Source: Anthoceros angustus (taxonomy: Eukaryota; Plantae; Anthocerotophyta). From it: a DNA stretch of 64,000 bases. The position numbers were made by a program, and so were the translations under genes. A model generated the notes under the pieces. That model saw only the letters and a program-made list of their open reading frames with translations, did not search any database and was not told where the DNA came from. The stretch covers positions 620,001 through 684,000 of the forward strand of contig VJWM01000063.1 in assembly GCA_010909165.1 (NCBI GenBank), given 5' to 3'. Below are positions 25,111 to 39,543 of the stretch, one piece after another (position 1 is the first letter of the stretch; every line of letters starts with the position of its first letter).

Positions 25111-28100
25111 TATTTGTCTATACACAAACCGGCAGGGATACAAAACTTGGAAATGGCGGTTCCAAGCCAATAACATGGCATACCGGGAGGTGACACAATC
25201 TGCAACATGTCTCAATCCTCAACAGTTGATATGATGGGGACTCAAGAAGCAGCGGCTTCCAACATGTCACTTCCAAGTCTACCAACATGAAAGCTGAAAG
25301 GGATGCAAGACTTATCAAGTGTCGCCGGGTTCCCAAACCAAGTACCATGGAAATGGAGGATCGTCAACTTCAACAATGCGTAGAGTTGTATGCAAAATGG
25401 AAAGCGGAAAGTAGGGGACTGGAAGTGCGCGGTTGCATTTGAGCCTACGTGTGTGAAAGTCATACTCGACTTGGAAAGAAAGAGCCATCCGCCATATACG
25501 TATTTTGGAGGCATTTCAACCCCTTAACACCCAGGATTGCAGTAGGAGGGCCTCGAGTGGAGAGAGAAGGAGGTGGTCAACGCGTTTTTTGTAGATACAA
25601 TGATAGCGACCAGCTAGGAGCAGGTTATTTGAACGATTGATTAACACCCCTTGAAGAACTAATGACTGGAAGAGGCCAAGATTTGACTCTATTGGAAGTG
25701 GGCTTGAAACGTTGATCGTTGAGAGATCGAGGATCAGGGATGACGCCCATTCACCCTACTGAAAGGTGAGACTGCACTTCATACGCCTTGATTCTTCGGA
25801 AGTAATGTATTCTGCCCGAGGATCCCGAGCTCTAAATTTTGTTCATTCCCTTTGAAAAGTGCTTCTTTGAATGGGCTGTTGTAGAATACACATTGATCCT
25901 TGTATATCAATCAATCGAGTTCGGACCATTGTGCTTTGGGCGGCTTTTTTCCCCACATTGGTAGACTTTTGTATAGAGTTAGACCAAAGATTTCAGTAGT
26001 GATCTGTTACTTTTGTAGATTGATCACCGATTCGGTGGATGGTCGATAAAGGAGGCTGAATTTTAGGAATCTTGACACGATTGCTATTAAATACGATGTA
26101 GCTTAATAATAGAGATAATTACCTACATAAAATCCTTAGTGTCATCCCTCCTACTAGTATGTATCCTCGTCTATCTAATTGAAGGTGAAAAGAAAAGAAA
26201 CTGAAAGTGAAACGCATTTGGTTACCGGCCGAGGGGTTGAAAATGCTTGGTGCATGGCTCTGGTGTGGACCTCGGCTTGAAAATGTGATGCATGGCTACA
26301 TGTGGGAATCGGAGTAGCATGGCACGGTATGATATAAGTGTCTTGGGCATGGCACATATTTATGACATTGGCGGGATGTGAGAATTTGCTCAAGCTTTGT
26401 AAATTGCCTTACACTTGTGTTGCATCTTGTCTCTTGAGCGTGTTGATCTATGGGCTTGTTATGTTGATCAATTGCATTTTGTCTTGCACTTTGTTGATTG
26501 TATTGATGTCTTGCATCTTGAGGAAATATCTAGGCGTAGCGTTATGATGTGAATATCTTGATGGGCGTATCTTTAATAAGCGAGCGTGTATGGAGCATGA
26601 ATGATGGTGAAAGCTTAGGGAATTTCTTTGTAGTATATAGCATGGTAGTATTATTTGTCCTATGTGTGTGTTTGCTATAGAGTTCTTTATGGCTAAAGTC
26701 ACGAAAGGAGTGACCATCTACGAAGTGGGAAAAGAAGAAAGGTGAGAAGGACGGTTGAGGTCTTGATTGTTATGCTTGGATGGCGGATAGAAGGCGCACT
26801 TGCTGCACTAACGGTGTTTGGCAAATCACGAAGAATAGATACAACTTCAAACCGGATGTCTTACATGTGATACATCACATTAGTCGATATGAAAATAATA
26901 TCGGCTGATTGGAAGAAAATGGGTGATAGTGGCCAAGGCATAGCGAAGAGTAGAGATGATTAGTGGATGGAGTGTAGAGGGGCATTAGATGTTGGAAGAG
27001 TTGCATGATATAAACATTAACACCATAAATTTTGAAGAGTAAATACAAATACACAATCCCTTTCCTATCATTTGGACCCTCTTCCATGAACTGCAATACC
27101 TAAAACACCAATTCTTTTTCGATTTGATATGACCATTGTCATGAGACCTCTGACATACAATTAACTTTTTTGAGAAGACTTGATTGCCACGGGCCCACAA
27201 GGCCTGACCTACAGTATGGGACATGGAGCACGGAGATAGAGTTAATGGTTAACCGTGATATGTCCCGAACATGGGGTGACAATACTAGGATATAAAAAGC
27301 CGACATTGTGTGTTATATCTGAGCAATCTCACAAAACAGAAAATATAAACATCAAAAGCTGGAACATCCAAGTGTCTCACCTGGATAGCTGCCTCATGGG
27401 GACTAATTTGGGACTCGCTTAGGTGGCTTTGGCGTACATAATCTAAAGCGACTTCTAAGTTGCATATGTACCTTCTTGAGTCGTCAAAATTATCGTTCCA
27501 CCATAGCCGCATCTTCATTCTCTTCCTCTCTGAATCATCAAAGGTTGGGGCCAAAGGATGCCACACATCCAAAGTCTGGCCTCCTTGAGCAACTCACCAA
27601 TTGTGGTCTGATTCTCCGGCACTCAAAGAAACAATAGCTTGCGCCTTTAGGCATCCTTCTCACTGTCTGGACCTCCTTGGACTAGGCATGAAAGCCTCAC
27701 GCGATGGAGCTCGAATGACAACTCTTCATCGACTTTCGGAAGAACCTTATCGATGTTGTGGATGCTGACTGCGGGATGTATCTTGCATAGCTCAAGACAA
27801 CCTCTATAGCAATGTAGTTCCGACCACCCAATAAGGTGGCCAATGCTCGATAGTTCCCTCATGGAGCAGAGTGTATAACCGGTCACCTTCCTTCAAGAAA
27901 CTCTTGATAAGTTTCATCATAAGCCCAAGGGCCTACTGAGGGCATACCACCAATTTTCGTATAACGGCGTGCTGATGCTTCTGACCAAATGTGATCCGAT
28001 GGCAATACTGGGATTGTATGTCCGTAATCCTAGACTAAGCACTCTACTAAATTCAAGAATATCTCATTTGGTGTTAGATCACCTGACTATGACTTTCGAT

Positions 28101-29316
28101 TCAAACTTATGCCTCCACTAGCAACCCAATTCATATTCTTCATTAATTTTCATGGATTTGTCTTGTCCATCTTTGTTCTTGCACTTTCATCTATCAAGTA
28201 GATAGAAGTATCAAGATCATGAATGAAAAGGCATGTTGAGGACAAGATGGATGAAAATTGAGGATGAGTTAACACCCGATCATGATTATGCGTTTTGAAT
28301 CAAAAGTCACAACTTTTAATCTAATACTAAATCGATGGCGATTCGTGCATACTTGTTATGATGCAAGAGTAAAAGTGACGATCACATATCATCAAGCCCG
28401 TTGATCTTTTGGCATACCCAAGCGAAAAGTAGTATTCATGAGTTTTGAGAGCTTGCTTCAAGATTATTTTGCAATGAGTGACCACCTTGTGAGTGACACT
28501 TGGGTTCAAGTGAGTCTGAAGAGTTGATCCCTTCATGCCATTGTGGTTTTGTTTGCACCTGTGACATTTGATCCGACTATTTGAGATTGGCAAGGAAGGC
28601 ATGGAGATGCATAGTTTGCACAATTGTTCCAAATGCAATTTGAGGATAGATTTGTTGAGAATGGGAGCTTGTCAGGCAATGGTCTATTTTAAACGAGGCT
28701 CTTTAATGTTTTCTTCACGGTGAAATGTCATAAATAGGTATATATCTATTTATGTAGGTCTTATATAGAACTATATGTATAATTAAGAAAATAGACATAT
28801 ATAAGTTCTAGAAAATTATCTATACCTATTTTCTTTAAAGTATGATGACCTCTTTTACTTTTTGATTTGCACTTAATATAGATATTACATGATTCCAATC
28901 TTCATAGTTGTCATTGGGTAGATTTTATTCTATATATCTACCTATATAAGTAGACATGGTAAGTAGATACTAATCATATCATTTATAGTGAAATAATCCG
29001 TACTTACTAAGTTTGTTGTATGATATAAATAACCTCGTTTCATTATATTAATGTAAGTCTTCCGCCTTTTGCTATATGTCTAGACTATTTATACCTCCTG
29101 TGGTAGTATCATTAACTTGCATGCACGAGTTTTCTACATTGGACTTATTATTATACTTATCACTACAAGTAATTTTGCACGACTCACAGTATAATAAATC
29201 CATAAGTCCTCCTATCTATCCTTTACTACATAAAGGCTCCTATCTATCTACACACGAGAACTTTCATACGATAAATCAGCACATCATACATACAGGAAAA
29301 GGAACTCAACACCAAA

Positions 29317-30525
29317 ATGTGTCGTCGAAAAGGATTTACCAAAACTTTAACTTATCTTTTGGAAATATTACAGCAATCGCGGTACCTTTTAACTGAAATT
29401 AAAGGTCAAGGAGTTTATGGAGAAGTTTGTGCTGCAAAAGATTTAACAACCGTAAAAATGTGGCTATAAAAAATTAAATTTCAATATCAGTCAAAGACAA
29501 TGATTTTATTCATGAGGAGATAACATTGCTCAAGTATTACACCATCCAAATATTATTAAATTAGAAGAAATAATTTTCCACCAACAAAAAGGTAGATGAA
29601 GTTTATATAATAATGTAACTAATGGATCATGATTTATTTCAAGAGTTGCGAGATGTTGAAGAGTTTTTCTATTGAAAAACGATCTTTATTACATCAAATA
29701 CTTCAAGCTGTGGCTTATTTGCATGCAGCAAATGTTGTCCATAGAGATTTTGAAGCCATCAAACATAGTGCTAAGATCTCAAGGTTTACTTAAAATATGC
29801 GATTTTGGGTTGGCGGTTGATTCCAACAAGTAATTTCATCCATCAACAAACTTCATGTTATGATATAACTGAATGCTACCGTGCTCGTAGATTTGTATGG
29901 ATGGTATGAAATGTTACACGACAATTGATATGTGGAGCATAGGATGTATCTTTGCGAAATATTACAACGAGGAATTTTATTTCAAGGAAATTTATCTCAA
30001 GGAAATAAGACCAAATCAAGCTAATTCAAAGTTTTTTGAAGCTGAAGAAGAGTCAAAAATAATGCGTCTAAAGATTCTTTTGAAGTTCGGTTTCCAAAAG
30101 TCGATCCTACCGCCTTGTCACTACTTAAACAACTACTTGCCTTTCAACTTTGAAGATAGAATAACCGCATAAAACATGCTCTACAACATCCTTTTTTGAA
30201 GGTCTAGACAGTATCAAATTTTCATGTACATCAAGTCATGAATATGGAGTTTCCTTTGAGAATATTCCTATCAAGAACTAAGAGATTATTTTTTCTCATA
30301 AGATCGAAACATACTCCTCGCATAAGGACGAGAAAAGTCGAAGAGAAAGATACACAATACCAAAAGAAAAGATGTTGAATAAACCAATAATCAATAATGA
30401 TTTACAAAGCGAGTCGATTCCGATTCAAATGATGAAGATTTTGAAAGGGATCCAACCTATAAGCCAAGCTCAAAATTGAGCCGTATATCAAAATTTCATA
30501 TGGTTCTTATAAGAAAACAACTTGA
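29317..30525 (+). CDS. Intronless divergent MAP kinase, copy B; frameshifted in this assembly
   Basis: Same motifs. ORF fragment 29897-30172 carries [11 protein letters not shown] possible upstream start lies at 29076. Confidence 0.87.
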
Positions 30526-30809
30526 TCCTTTTATGAGAGTATGATGAATGTTGGAATGATTGAGATGTCTCAAACTCTTGAAATAATCGCTGTAGTCGAC
30601 GTTATAATGGTGGTGTAAATGATTGAGATGTCTCAAACTAATGAGCTGTTCTAAATCACAATTTGCATTGTAATTGACATCTTAATGAGTGTTCTAAATC
30701 GACGTCTTAAGCGAAATTGTAATATGATAACTCATTCTATAATTTATTAAATACGTCATAAAATCTATCGTAAATTTTTGTGTTTTTTTTCTCCTTGTGG
30801 TGTTTAAAG

Positions 30810-31520
30810 CCTCATTTCCTATTGATGAAATGGACCCACTCGATGGAAATGCTCCTTAAAGTCCTTGAGAGAGGAAACCAAATGTTGAGTATTTTATAGA
30901 TCAAAGCTAAACTTGAAATAAAAATGATAATATTTTGATACTTGTGCCTTCACATACGAATGAACCTCAACAACCAAATTTTTGTCAATTGGCTTGACAC
31001 GAATGGTTTCAATAGTGATACATGAAATGCATCGTGTAAAAAATCCATTCAAGTGGTTGTAGCTTGTAAGCCACTTCCCAAGGCACCTCAAGACTACAAA
31101 AGGACCTCCACATCTCGGTCTTAGCTTAAGAGATTATCCTTGTGGTAATATGAAATGTTTCAAATTCACCCATACCTTATCCCCAACATTGAAGATAATT
31201 TCTCTCTTATACCTATCAAGATATTGCTTACGTGTGAGCCTTGACTAAAATTCCTTTGGCAATCTCATACCTAGCCTTCAACTCCTCAATGAATTTAGTG
31301 GATTTCTAGTTGTAGTGTTGAAAACTTTAGCATTTAGCATGGATACCACATAATCCTCCCATCTCAATAAGGCTACAACTTAGAGAGCATGTGTAGCATT
31401 ATTGTAACAAAATTCTGCATCATCTAAATGATAAGCCCAATCTCTCTTATCAATCACACGTAATGTCTTTAAGTATTCTTCTTGGATTTGGTTGACTTGC
31501 ATTGTTGAGCCATATGTATT
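30810..31520 (-). pseudogene. Chromovirus-type gypsy integrase relic, copy B
   Basis: Homologous to 17340-18040. Confidence 0.8.
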
Positions 31521-32541
31521 TGGATGATACGTGTCATACACAATTCTCGCTCAAACTTTTCATCAAGTGCGCAATTCTCCCTGTGGGAGACCATGTACAC
31601 TAACCCTATTGGTGCACTTGTGGGAGGCGGAGGGCTCTTGACCAGCAAAGAGCTTGAGGATGCTTGGCATCCTTTGAATAAAAATTGTCTATATATGGTG
31701 GGGGATCCTTCGTTCAAAGAACAATGGTGTAGGGAGTAGGAGGTGGCTAGTTCCTAGCGGTGGCCGAGCATGGAACGTCTGGATACGAGGCCGGGGAGTT
31801 AACAACCCTAGTGGCGGCGGGCAGCAGTGGTGAGCAAATTCGGGCCGGAAGAAGACACTTTTGGTGCTGGAAGTTTGCGAAATTTCAAGGCGGAACTTGG
31901 AGTTGAGTGAAGGCGTGTCTTGGACGCACGAGGTTTTCTTTTTTTTTATGGCGCAAGTGTTTGCATCCGTGGAAGGAGCATCGGTGGAGTCTTGCGCGAT
32001 GCGCGGGCGGCAGTGGGGAGAACCCGACGCGTGTCGAGGCGAATCACGTGTGGGTGTGGACTACGGACTTCCTTGGGGGTTAGGAAATAAGTTGGTTTGT
32101 TTTTTTTTTTCGTAGGTCCGAAGGGTAAAATAAAGCGGAAAAGGAGGAATAAACACCAGACGGTTGCTCGATGTCTCCGTAGTATACTCCGGACTCTGAG
32201 TGGGTGGACCCGGTACCACTACGACGAGCTACGGAATTGCGCACGGGTATCGGATAAGTCCGGACCTCCCGGTCAAAAGCAGGATAAGTACGCTGGAAAG
32301 TAATTTAGAAGTTGAGTCGTGAAGTCGATCGAGCGGGCGCCACGTGGAGCCCGAATGGAGGTCGGGCAGCAGTCAGAGCAGGGGCCGTGGCCTTGCAGAG
32401 GCTTATAGCGGTATTCTCGCCCCGGGCGCGGCATGTCGCCGGGCGATGCGGTGGTGTAAGGCGGGGTAAGGCGTAGAGTAAGCCATGCGGACCTCGCGAC
32501 TACGGACGGGGAAGGCACCCTCCGCCAGTGTTACTCACAGC

Positions 32542-35500
32542 CACTACTAGAACTTGCATGTTCTTTGTTACAATGTGTGTTACATATTTATTCACGTGCT
32601 CACCGGGTTATACAAATGGCCTTGCTGAGATCGGGTTTGGGGTGTTGCGCTTATGTTGCGCTTGTATAACATGGATGTAACTACGATCGTCGCCATGGTT
32701 CCATTAGTAGCGGGGCTTCCGTCAATGGCACCCTTCAAATCGTATGTATAGGCGTATTGCACAAGCCATTCGCACACACATATCCGCGGATGTCGCACGG
32801 CCCATACTCATTAGGGGGTAGTGGCTGTAGTTAGTGAGGTTTTACCGATGGGCGTCGAGGTTCAGCGGCACGCCTACACAGCCACCGTATGGCAAAGCTA
32901 AAATAGCTTGTCAAATTCCCGTGGAAGGTGACATGGTTTCTCCAATTGTGTACAACCGCTGCCATTCGTGCGACATAGCGGGATTGGCCACACGTCCGAT
33001 TAGTCGAGTTTGCGAAATCCACCTTAGGCGGTGAGCGGAAGAGGCGCCATTCCTCCGATGGCATAGATTACATGTGGTGGATGATTACGGGTCCCTGATG
33101 CTTTTTGCACCTCGATATTGGCGGTGAAGGCGCGTTTTCTTTAATGCAACGTTAATTGGCGTATGCCCAAAATACATATGTCGATGTTGTAGTAAAGTGT
33201 TCCGTCTACGAATAGCATGAGAATGTGTTTGAATTAGTACAACGGGTGGCATGCGTGTTGGAGTGAACATCATCCGCAGAAATAATGGGGCTCCATGATG
33301 AATCTCGCCCCTCATGCCTCCCCCCACCACACCTTAACAAACATGGCATCTTCAAGTTGAAGTTGCATGCGGGACTCTACGGAGGATCCCTTCAACATCA
33401 ACGCGGTGTGGTGGAAATCGCATTCAACTGCGGTGGGGATTGAGCGTGATGAGCCAGCATGGCACATGTATCCATGCTTACGGTGAGGGGTGTCAAGTGG
33501 CGCGTGGAGGCGGGACTCGGGCGGTGGCTGGCGTCTGTGAAGAAGGTAATTGGCCTATTCGTCGCCTTGCGCATCCCGGTGTGTTGTCCTTGGCCATCGC
33601 CTACAAGCGATCTGAGAAGCGAGGACTCCATGCGAGCGGTGATTTGAACATGGACCGGCGGTGGCGGCCGTGGGAACTACATCATCAAGCGGAAGGGCGC
33701 TTGACACCATCATATTGCATGTCACTGGCGAGTGTTGGGAAGGCTCGCAAGCGTGACACGGCTTTTGTTGGCCCTCTTGGCGTCGTGGCTTCGATATGCT
33801 TACGCGGTGTTGCGGCTATGGGCGCGTTCGCTACCAACGCCCCGGTTGGAAGATTTGGGATTCGGCGGAACCACGGATGATGTTCCGCGGCGAACGGAGC
33901 ATCATGTGAGGTCAAGCGTTGGGAGAGTTGGTATGAGGAACATAGCACCCGCATGTGCCTCATTCGACAAGGTGCATGCACTGCACTTGTGTAGCTGGGT
34001 TAGGCGGAGCAGTCATGGACTATCAGCGCGGAGGCGCTGAAAGTAGGTGGGATGGGCAGCGAGGTTCATCCCCATACCCACCTCCCGGCCGCCATAACGA
34101 ATCCGAGGGCAACACATACATTTATGCGGCCCTATCGGGTGGAACAAGCGGCGGCCACACAGCCGAGCCTCGGGAAGAGGTGGGAAGAGCCGCCACACCT
34201 CGCCAGCGAGAAGAAGGACTTCAGCGGTGATCAAGCGCGGCGCCACCCTCGGCACGGTGGGTGACAATTTTGTTGAGGGTGGTGGTGGGCGGCCCGCCCG
34301 CGATTACGTGTGGGAGATTGCTTCGCCCACCGATTGTTGTGGAGAAGGTGGACAATAGGGCTTTGTTGCAAGCCATTATTCACAAGAGAGGAAAAGAATG
34401 GGTGCATAACATCATGGGCGAACCGGATGAAGTTGGAGAAGATGAAGGCGGGGAGATCCGGCGTCGGGGCCTCGGGGCCACGCCATGCGGAAATGGTGAA
34501 AATGGTGAGGCATTTAACAACGGTGGAGATGCCGGGGTTGGAAAAGTGGAAGGACGTTTGAACAGTGGGCGGCTGTGTCTTGAAGTGGAGGCGCCTTCGG
34601 ACACCTTGTGAAGAGAATAATCAGGGAAAAATTCTCCTCCGTAACCAGGCGTCGAACATTGCGGGCCATGGACGCTGCGAAGGCCGCTGTGGTGGAAGAG
34701 AGGAGAACAAAGGGCGTGCTAGACAACGACTTGAAGCCCCAGGACGGGCGACAAATCATGGCAAGCTAGTTGGGCTAGAGTTGAATTGCGCCAACATGGC
34801 AATTTCCTCCCGTCAAAGCATCTATCGCGCCAAAGTGAGGGGAAGTCGGGGATGGGGCCCAACCTGGGAAAGGAGGCAAGCAATTTGGATGGAGAGGTTC
34901 AAGCAGAAACACGGCCCTTCGGAGGAGTGTGAGTATGGCGATTACACATTAGCGAATGCAGTATTGGGATGCGAGGCCAAGATATGGCAAATGTTATCAC
35001 GGATGCAAGGGCAAGGAGGATGAGTGGCAGCGAGGCATGGAATAGACTCGATTCGGATGAGCTTTGGATATCCATCCCGGACAACGGCGAATATGGTACA
35101 ACTCCAGCGGTGTTGGCGGTGATGACGATGTCGAAGGGGATGGGGCTGCAAAAGAGAATCCATCTTCTCGCTGGCCGCCCTTCGAGGGCCATCCAAGTTC
35201 ACCGGCCCGCAGCACTAATCGGAATCGATTGCATGTGCCTCTAGTGCGCCTACCGCATTGCAAGGTGCAAGGTGTAACGGAAAAAGCTACTACCGCTGCA
35301 AGACTAAAAGAAGCAAAACCAATCTTGAGCTAATGGAAAGTGAAAACACGACGAATGATCACGGACGCCACGACTCGTGAGTATTGAAGAAAAGCTAGCG
35401 GATTGCAGTACCAGAATTTAATTGTGACGATACATCAGATTGGAGCACCGTGATACACCCGTGAGGGGGGGTATCACCAAACCAAACCGTGTAATAGTAA

Positions 35501-36174
35501 TACAATTATTTTGGCAATATACAATTTATGGGTTGGGTCAGAACCCAAAATACAAAAGACAGGCCCGCTAACGATTTGCCATTGGTGCAGAGTGTGTCCC
35601 ATGGAAGGTATCCAATCGTACACACATATGCACCCCAAGCACATGTTTGCAATCATGCCACCAATCGGGTCAGGCTTACCATGGGAGGAGGGCGCCGCTT
35701 AAACGGGAAAGTGCCGTATGTGCATCCATGATCACCTGTACTCATGGATGTGACCGCCGTTTACGCCCTGCCACGCTGCTAGAGATTGGACGCCAAGGGG
35801 TCGATAAATGAAAAGTGCTCATGACGAATGGCAAGAGCCAGCATGCAAATTGGTGGCCGGGTATACTTGATCACCAATTCTGTGGCCGCGGCCTCGCCGG
35901 CGGGCTTCCAGCCTGCCCCACAACATTTACGCGAACACGATGGTATTATACCAACCACATAAACCGACCCTCCAAACTCAACATATGATCTCGTTCCATG
36001 TGAAAGTGTTGAAAGGGTTGATGCTTTTATGTGTACACTTTCGAAGCTCCCCTGGACTCCAATGGTTAACCACATGTGCATTGATCCCGCAATGGCCCCC
36101 TATATGTTACAAAAATAGGGCCAAATTGTAATATTAAAAACCATTTGCAACCACGCCCCATTTTTCTAGTAGTG
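32542..36174. mobile_element. CACTA (En/Spm) DNA transposon, probably non-autonomous; unit B
   Basis: TIRs CACTACTAGAA...TTCTAGTAGTG; flanks AGC/GGC. The LTR sequence resumes on both sides. Confidence 0.9.
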
Positions 36175-36299
36175 GGCGCGCCGACGAGGGTATAATACAT
36201 GCGACTTCGAGACATTCCTCAGCCCTTGCGCTCATAACCGCCTCGTCAAGTGCGCTTATCTCCGAACGCTAGGCAACTTAGCACCCTGCTGGCCGCTCA

Positions 36300-38950
36300 C
36301 CTTGGGGTTGGAGCAGCCGAACGCAGCCGAAGAAGGCGATCGCGCATCGTGCTGGCCGATCTCGGACAATCGCGCCTGACGGAGTAAGGGAAAGCGATGG
36401 GACCCAAAAGAAGGTCACGGAGGTATGGCGCCATGGAACTGGTAGCGCAACATTGTCACCCGCGCTACTCCGGGACTTTTGGGCCGTGCGTGGAGGGAGG
36501 CGGGAGGATTGGTCGAAGTGGCACCTAGGCGTGTTCAGTGTCTGGACATTTGATGTCACCCTAGTCCGGGAGTTCGCCGGAAGATGTTGGCGGCCAACAA
36601 GGAGGTCGATCAAGAACCTCGGGAGGATCAGTGGACCTTGGAGGTCAGGCGGCTTACAAGCCGGAGAGGATTGGGGCGTGGTCCCGAGGCCCCTCAAGGC
36701 GAGGGAAAGATAGGCGGCAGGCGGCGTCTTTGAAGCTTGAGCGGCGGACAACCAGCGGCGGTTGATGCCGGACCTGGGCGGAGGTGAGGCGGTGGCGGAT
36801 CATTGTCCACTTGGAACTTGCTCACCAAGGTGGATCACCTTGGTGATAATTTATTGGTGTTCTGCATGCGCTGCGGCGGCAAGAAGGGCGGCGGGGAAGG
36901 ATCATCTTCGCGAGTTCAGCGGAGGCCCTGGTGAGTGCGAAGCCACCTCCGTCGGGACTATCCCTGCAGTCCATGTGGGGACATTCACGACCTCTCGAAG
37001 GATGGGGAAGAAGCGGGCGCTCCGGAAAGGGTTGGCGGCCCTACGAGCGGGCGGGCAAGGCGCCGAGGTGAGGCCCGACCCCTAGGGCCAAGCGGGTCGG
37101 GAGGAGGGCGGCAGGAGGATCTGGGACTCCATACGTGCAGAGCGGACCCCTCACCACCTAGGGAAGTGTGGGAAGATATCCCCTTCCCTCCTCTTGCATG
37201 AGGCGGCCAGTCTGACGGAGGCAGCCCGGCTCGGCGTGACCGGCCACAGCGGCCGATGAGCCCGGCAGACTCGGCAAGACAAGAGGCGGAAGTGCCACCA
37301 GCCAGCACCTCGGACGGGCGCTGTGCCTTGCCCACCCGGGTAACAAGAGGTGAAGAGGCGGTGAGAAGAGGCGAAAGAGGCGCCGCTCAAGGAGGCGGGA
37401 GGTCAGCGGCAACCCCACGGAGCCGGTCATCGCCCGGCCGGGAGGCAAGTCGGCCGAACCCCCTCACCCCTCAGAGCCCCGGGCGAAGAGGCGAATAAGG
37501 AATTGGCGGCCAAGAGGGCCAAGGAGGTGAGGCTCGGACCTCGGACTCGGGACCTAAGGGACCTATTAGGTCCGGAGAGCCCAGGACTTCGCTCGGGGCC
37601 TGTATGGAGGTCCTTGGCGGACCGTGAGATGCCCGCTCCAGCGGACTTTTGGGGGCCTCACCAATGGCGGCCGTGGAAGAGACACGGCGGGTCACAGCTT
37701 CGTCATGGGCGGTATGCTCTGAGGTCTCTGGAGACGGAGAGACCCGGAGGTGGAAGCCTGAGGCGCATGGTGCTCCTCCGAGGAGCAATTGGAGGCGGCC
37801 GGGAGGCGAGGAGGCGAAGCTCGGCCGCGCCGAAGCGCCGGGAGGCCGAAGAAAGTCTGGTCCATTGACGGGCGGACTAAATTCTTCATGGGTGGCGGTG
37901 AAGCGAGCCTGAGAGGCCCAGGGGTGAGACCTCTGGGCGGAGAGGCGAAGGAGGCGGAGGAGGCCGAGCGAGAAGACTGGTGAGGCGGTGGACCGGCCTG
38001 GTGGCGAAGCCAGTGAAAGCGGAGGAGGCGGCCCTAAGGCAAACCGCGATCACTATCGGCGTGATCAACCGGTGGAGGGGAGGCGAGGATAGGCTGCAGC
38101 TAACTGAAGGCAGGCGGGAGGCCAGGCGGTGCAGGCCATGCCGAGAAGGAAGCCGCGACAAGGAGATGGAGGATCTCGGACTCGATTCTTGTGAGTGGAG
38201 CAACAGGCGGAGATGGAAGACGCAAGGAGACCACAGGCTGCGGCTCAAGTTACCATTGAGCGGAATGGCAATGCGGGCGTGATCACGGATCGAGCGAGAT
38301 AGATAAGCGGCTCCGGCTCATTGGCGACGGAGGAGGTAGGCGATGGAACAAGGAGGCGGGGCGTCGGAAATGGAGAAGGACACAGGCCGAAGCGCAATCG
38401 GGCGAGTTGCACGGCCGTCTGGAGAGGAGATGGCGGAGCTAAAGGCAGGATGAGCAGGGGAGGCGAGAGCCTGGGCCGAGAAAAGAGGCTGCTGATTAAG
38501 GAAGGAGGAAGGGGCGGCGTTATGGCGGGTGGTGGCGTGAGCAGCCAGGAGGCTGGGCGGGCGGGCAGCAGTAGCGGTTGCGAGGAGGTGACAGGCGTCC
38601 CTTGTGGCCTCGAGATTGGCCCGGCTCCAGTGTCAAACTGGCGGGGAGATGGTCCGGCAAGCCGGACACGCTCGGCTCCGGAGCACCAATGGCGAAGAAG
38701 TATCGGGTGCTCGGGCACATGTGGAAGAGGCAATCCGGCAAATTGACTCGGATTTTGCCTATTACCGCGAGCTCCTTAAGGCATTGGAAGCCTCTCGGGC
38801 GCCGCTTCTAAGCAGACGGACCCGGAAGGCTCGAAGGGATGAAGGACATGGGAAGGCAGGGACCCTAGTGGCCTGTTTGGAGGCAGACGTGAGGGAGAAG
38901 AGCCTCGGGAGGAGGCGGGGCCAGCAGCCAATACAGCGGACCTCGGGGTA
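36300..38950 (+). pseudogene. U3-encoded ORF in solo LTR B
   Basis: EL(A)TKVDHLGDN at ~36813-36850 and AHVEEAIRQIDSDFAYYRELLKALE in ORF 38604-38951. Confidence 0.62.
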
Positions 38951-39535
38951 AGTCCATAGCACGGGAGGATAGAGTGGGGGCCACGAAGGAAGGAAAATCA
39001 ACCCGACCCAAGACAAGGGGGTGGGTGAGATGAGGCCTAGCGGTAGGTGGTCCCATGAGATAAAGTCCGGAGCTTGGGGACGGACCCCGGTAATAAGACC
39101 AGGACCACGTCAGAACCCAGATGAGGCCGGACCGTGAGGCCGGACTCGGGAAATAAGGCGGACTCCGTTCGGACTCGGGGTCGAGGCCGGACCAGTCGGA
39201 CTCGGGAAACAGGAGGTCCCCTCAGGCTTCTGTTGAGGCGATCGTCGGTGGCCCCTCGGGAGGGACCCACTCGGGGCGGAGGCGTTGTGTGCGGTCGTCG
39301 GGGCCATGCCGTAATAACTGGATTCGGGAAGAGGAAGGGGCCTCGCGGATCATCCGATTAGGTCGCCCATAGCTGTCGGGGAGATTGGACCACCAATCTC
39401 GAGACGGAACCAGGACCTCCCAGGCCCAAGCCGAAGGAGATAGGAGGAAGGAATAGGATGGTAGGCGGCCGATTAGGGCGTCTTGGTAGCCACCGGCTCG
39501 AATAGGGTGTAATAAAGGCGCCGACTTGGGCGTAG

Positions 39536-39543
39536 TATAAGAG
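39536..39543 (+). promoter_or_regulatory. Putative LTR TATA box
   Basis: TATAAGAG ~590 bp from the LTR 3' end. Equivalent TATAAG at 44625 and TATAAAA at 23249; the full-length LTRs have GATAAGAG at this position. Confidence 0.5.

Larger units (their letters stand above)
14106..27578. repeat. Tandem macro-repeat unit A (~13.5 kb; the array continues at 1-83 on the other side of the gypsy insertion)
   Basis: The same ordered content recurs in unit B and, as far as the window extends, in unit C. MAPK starts at 15856, 29317 and 50524. Confidence 0.9.

Noticed and set aside
27285-28730. Minus-strand gene head-to-head with the MAPK (GWSELHCYRGCLELCKIH ORFs)
   Set aside because: The plus strand gives equally or more protein-like translations and no family is recognisable. 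The strand cannot be fixed, so a divergent gene pair is unsupported.
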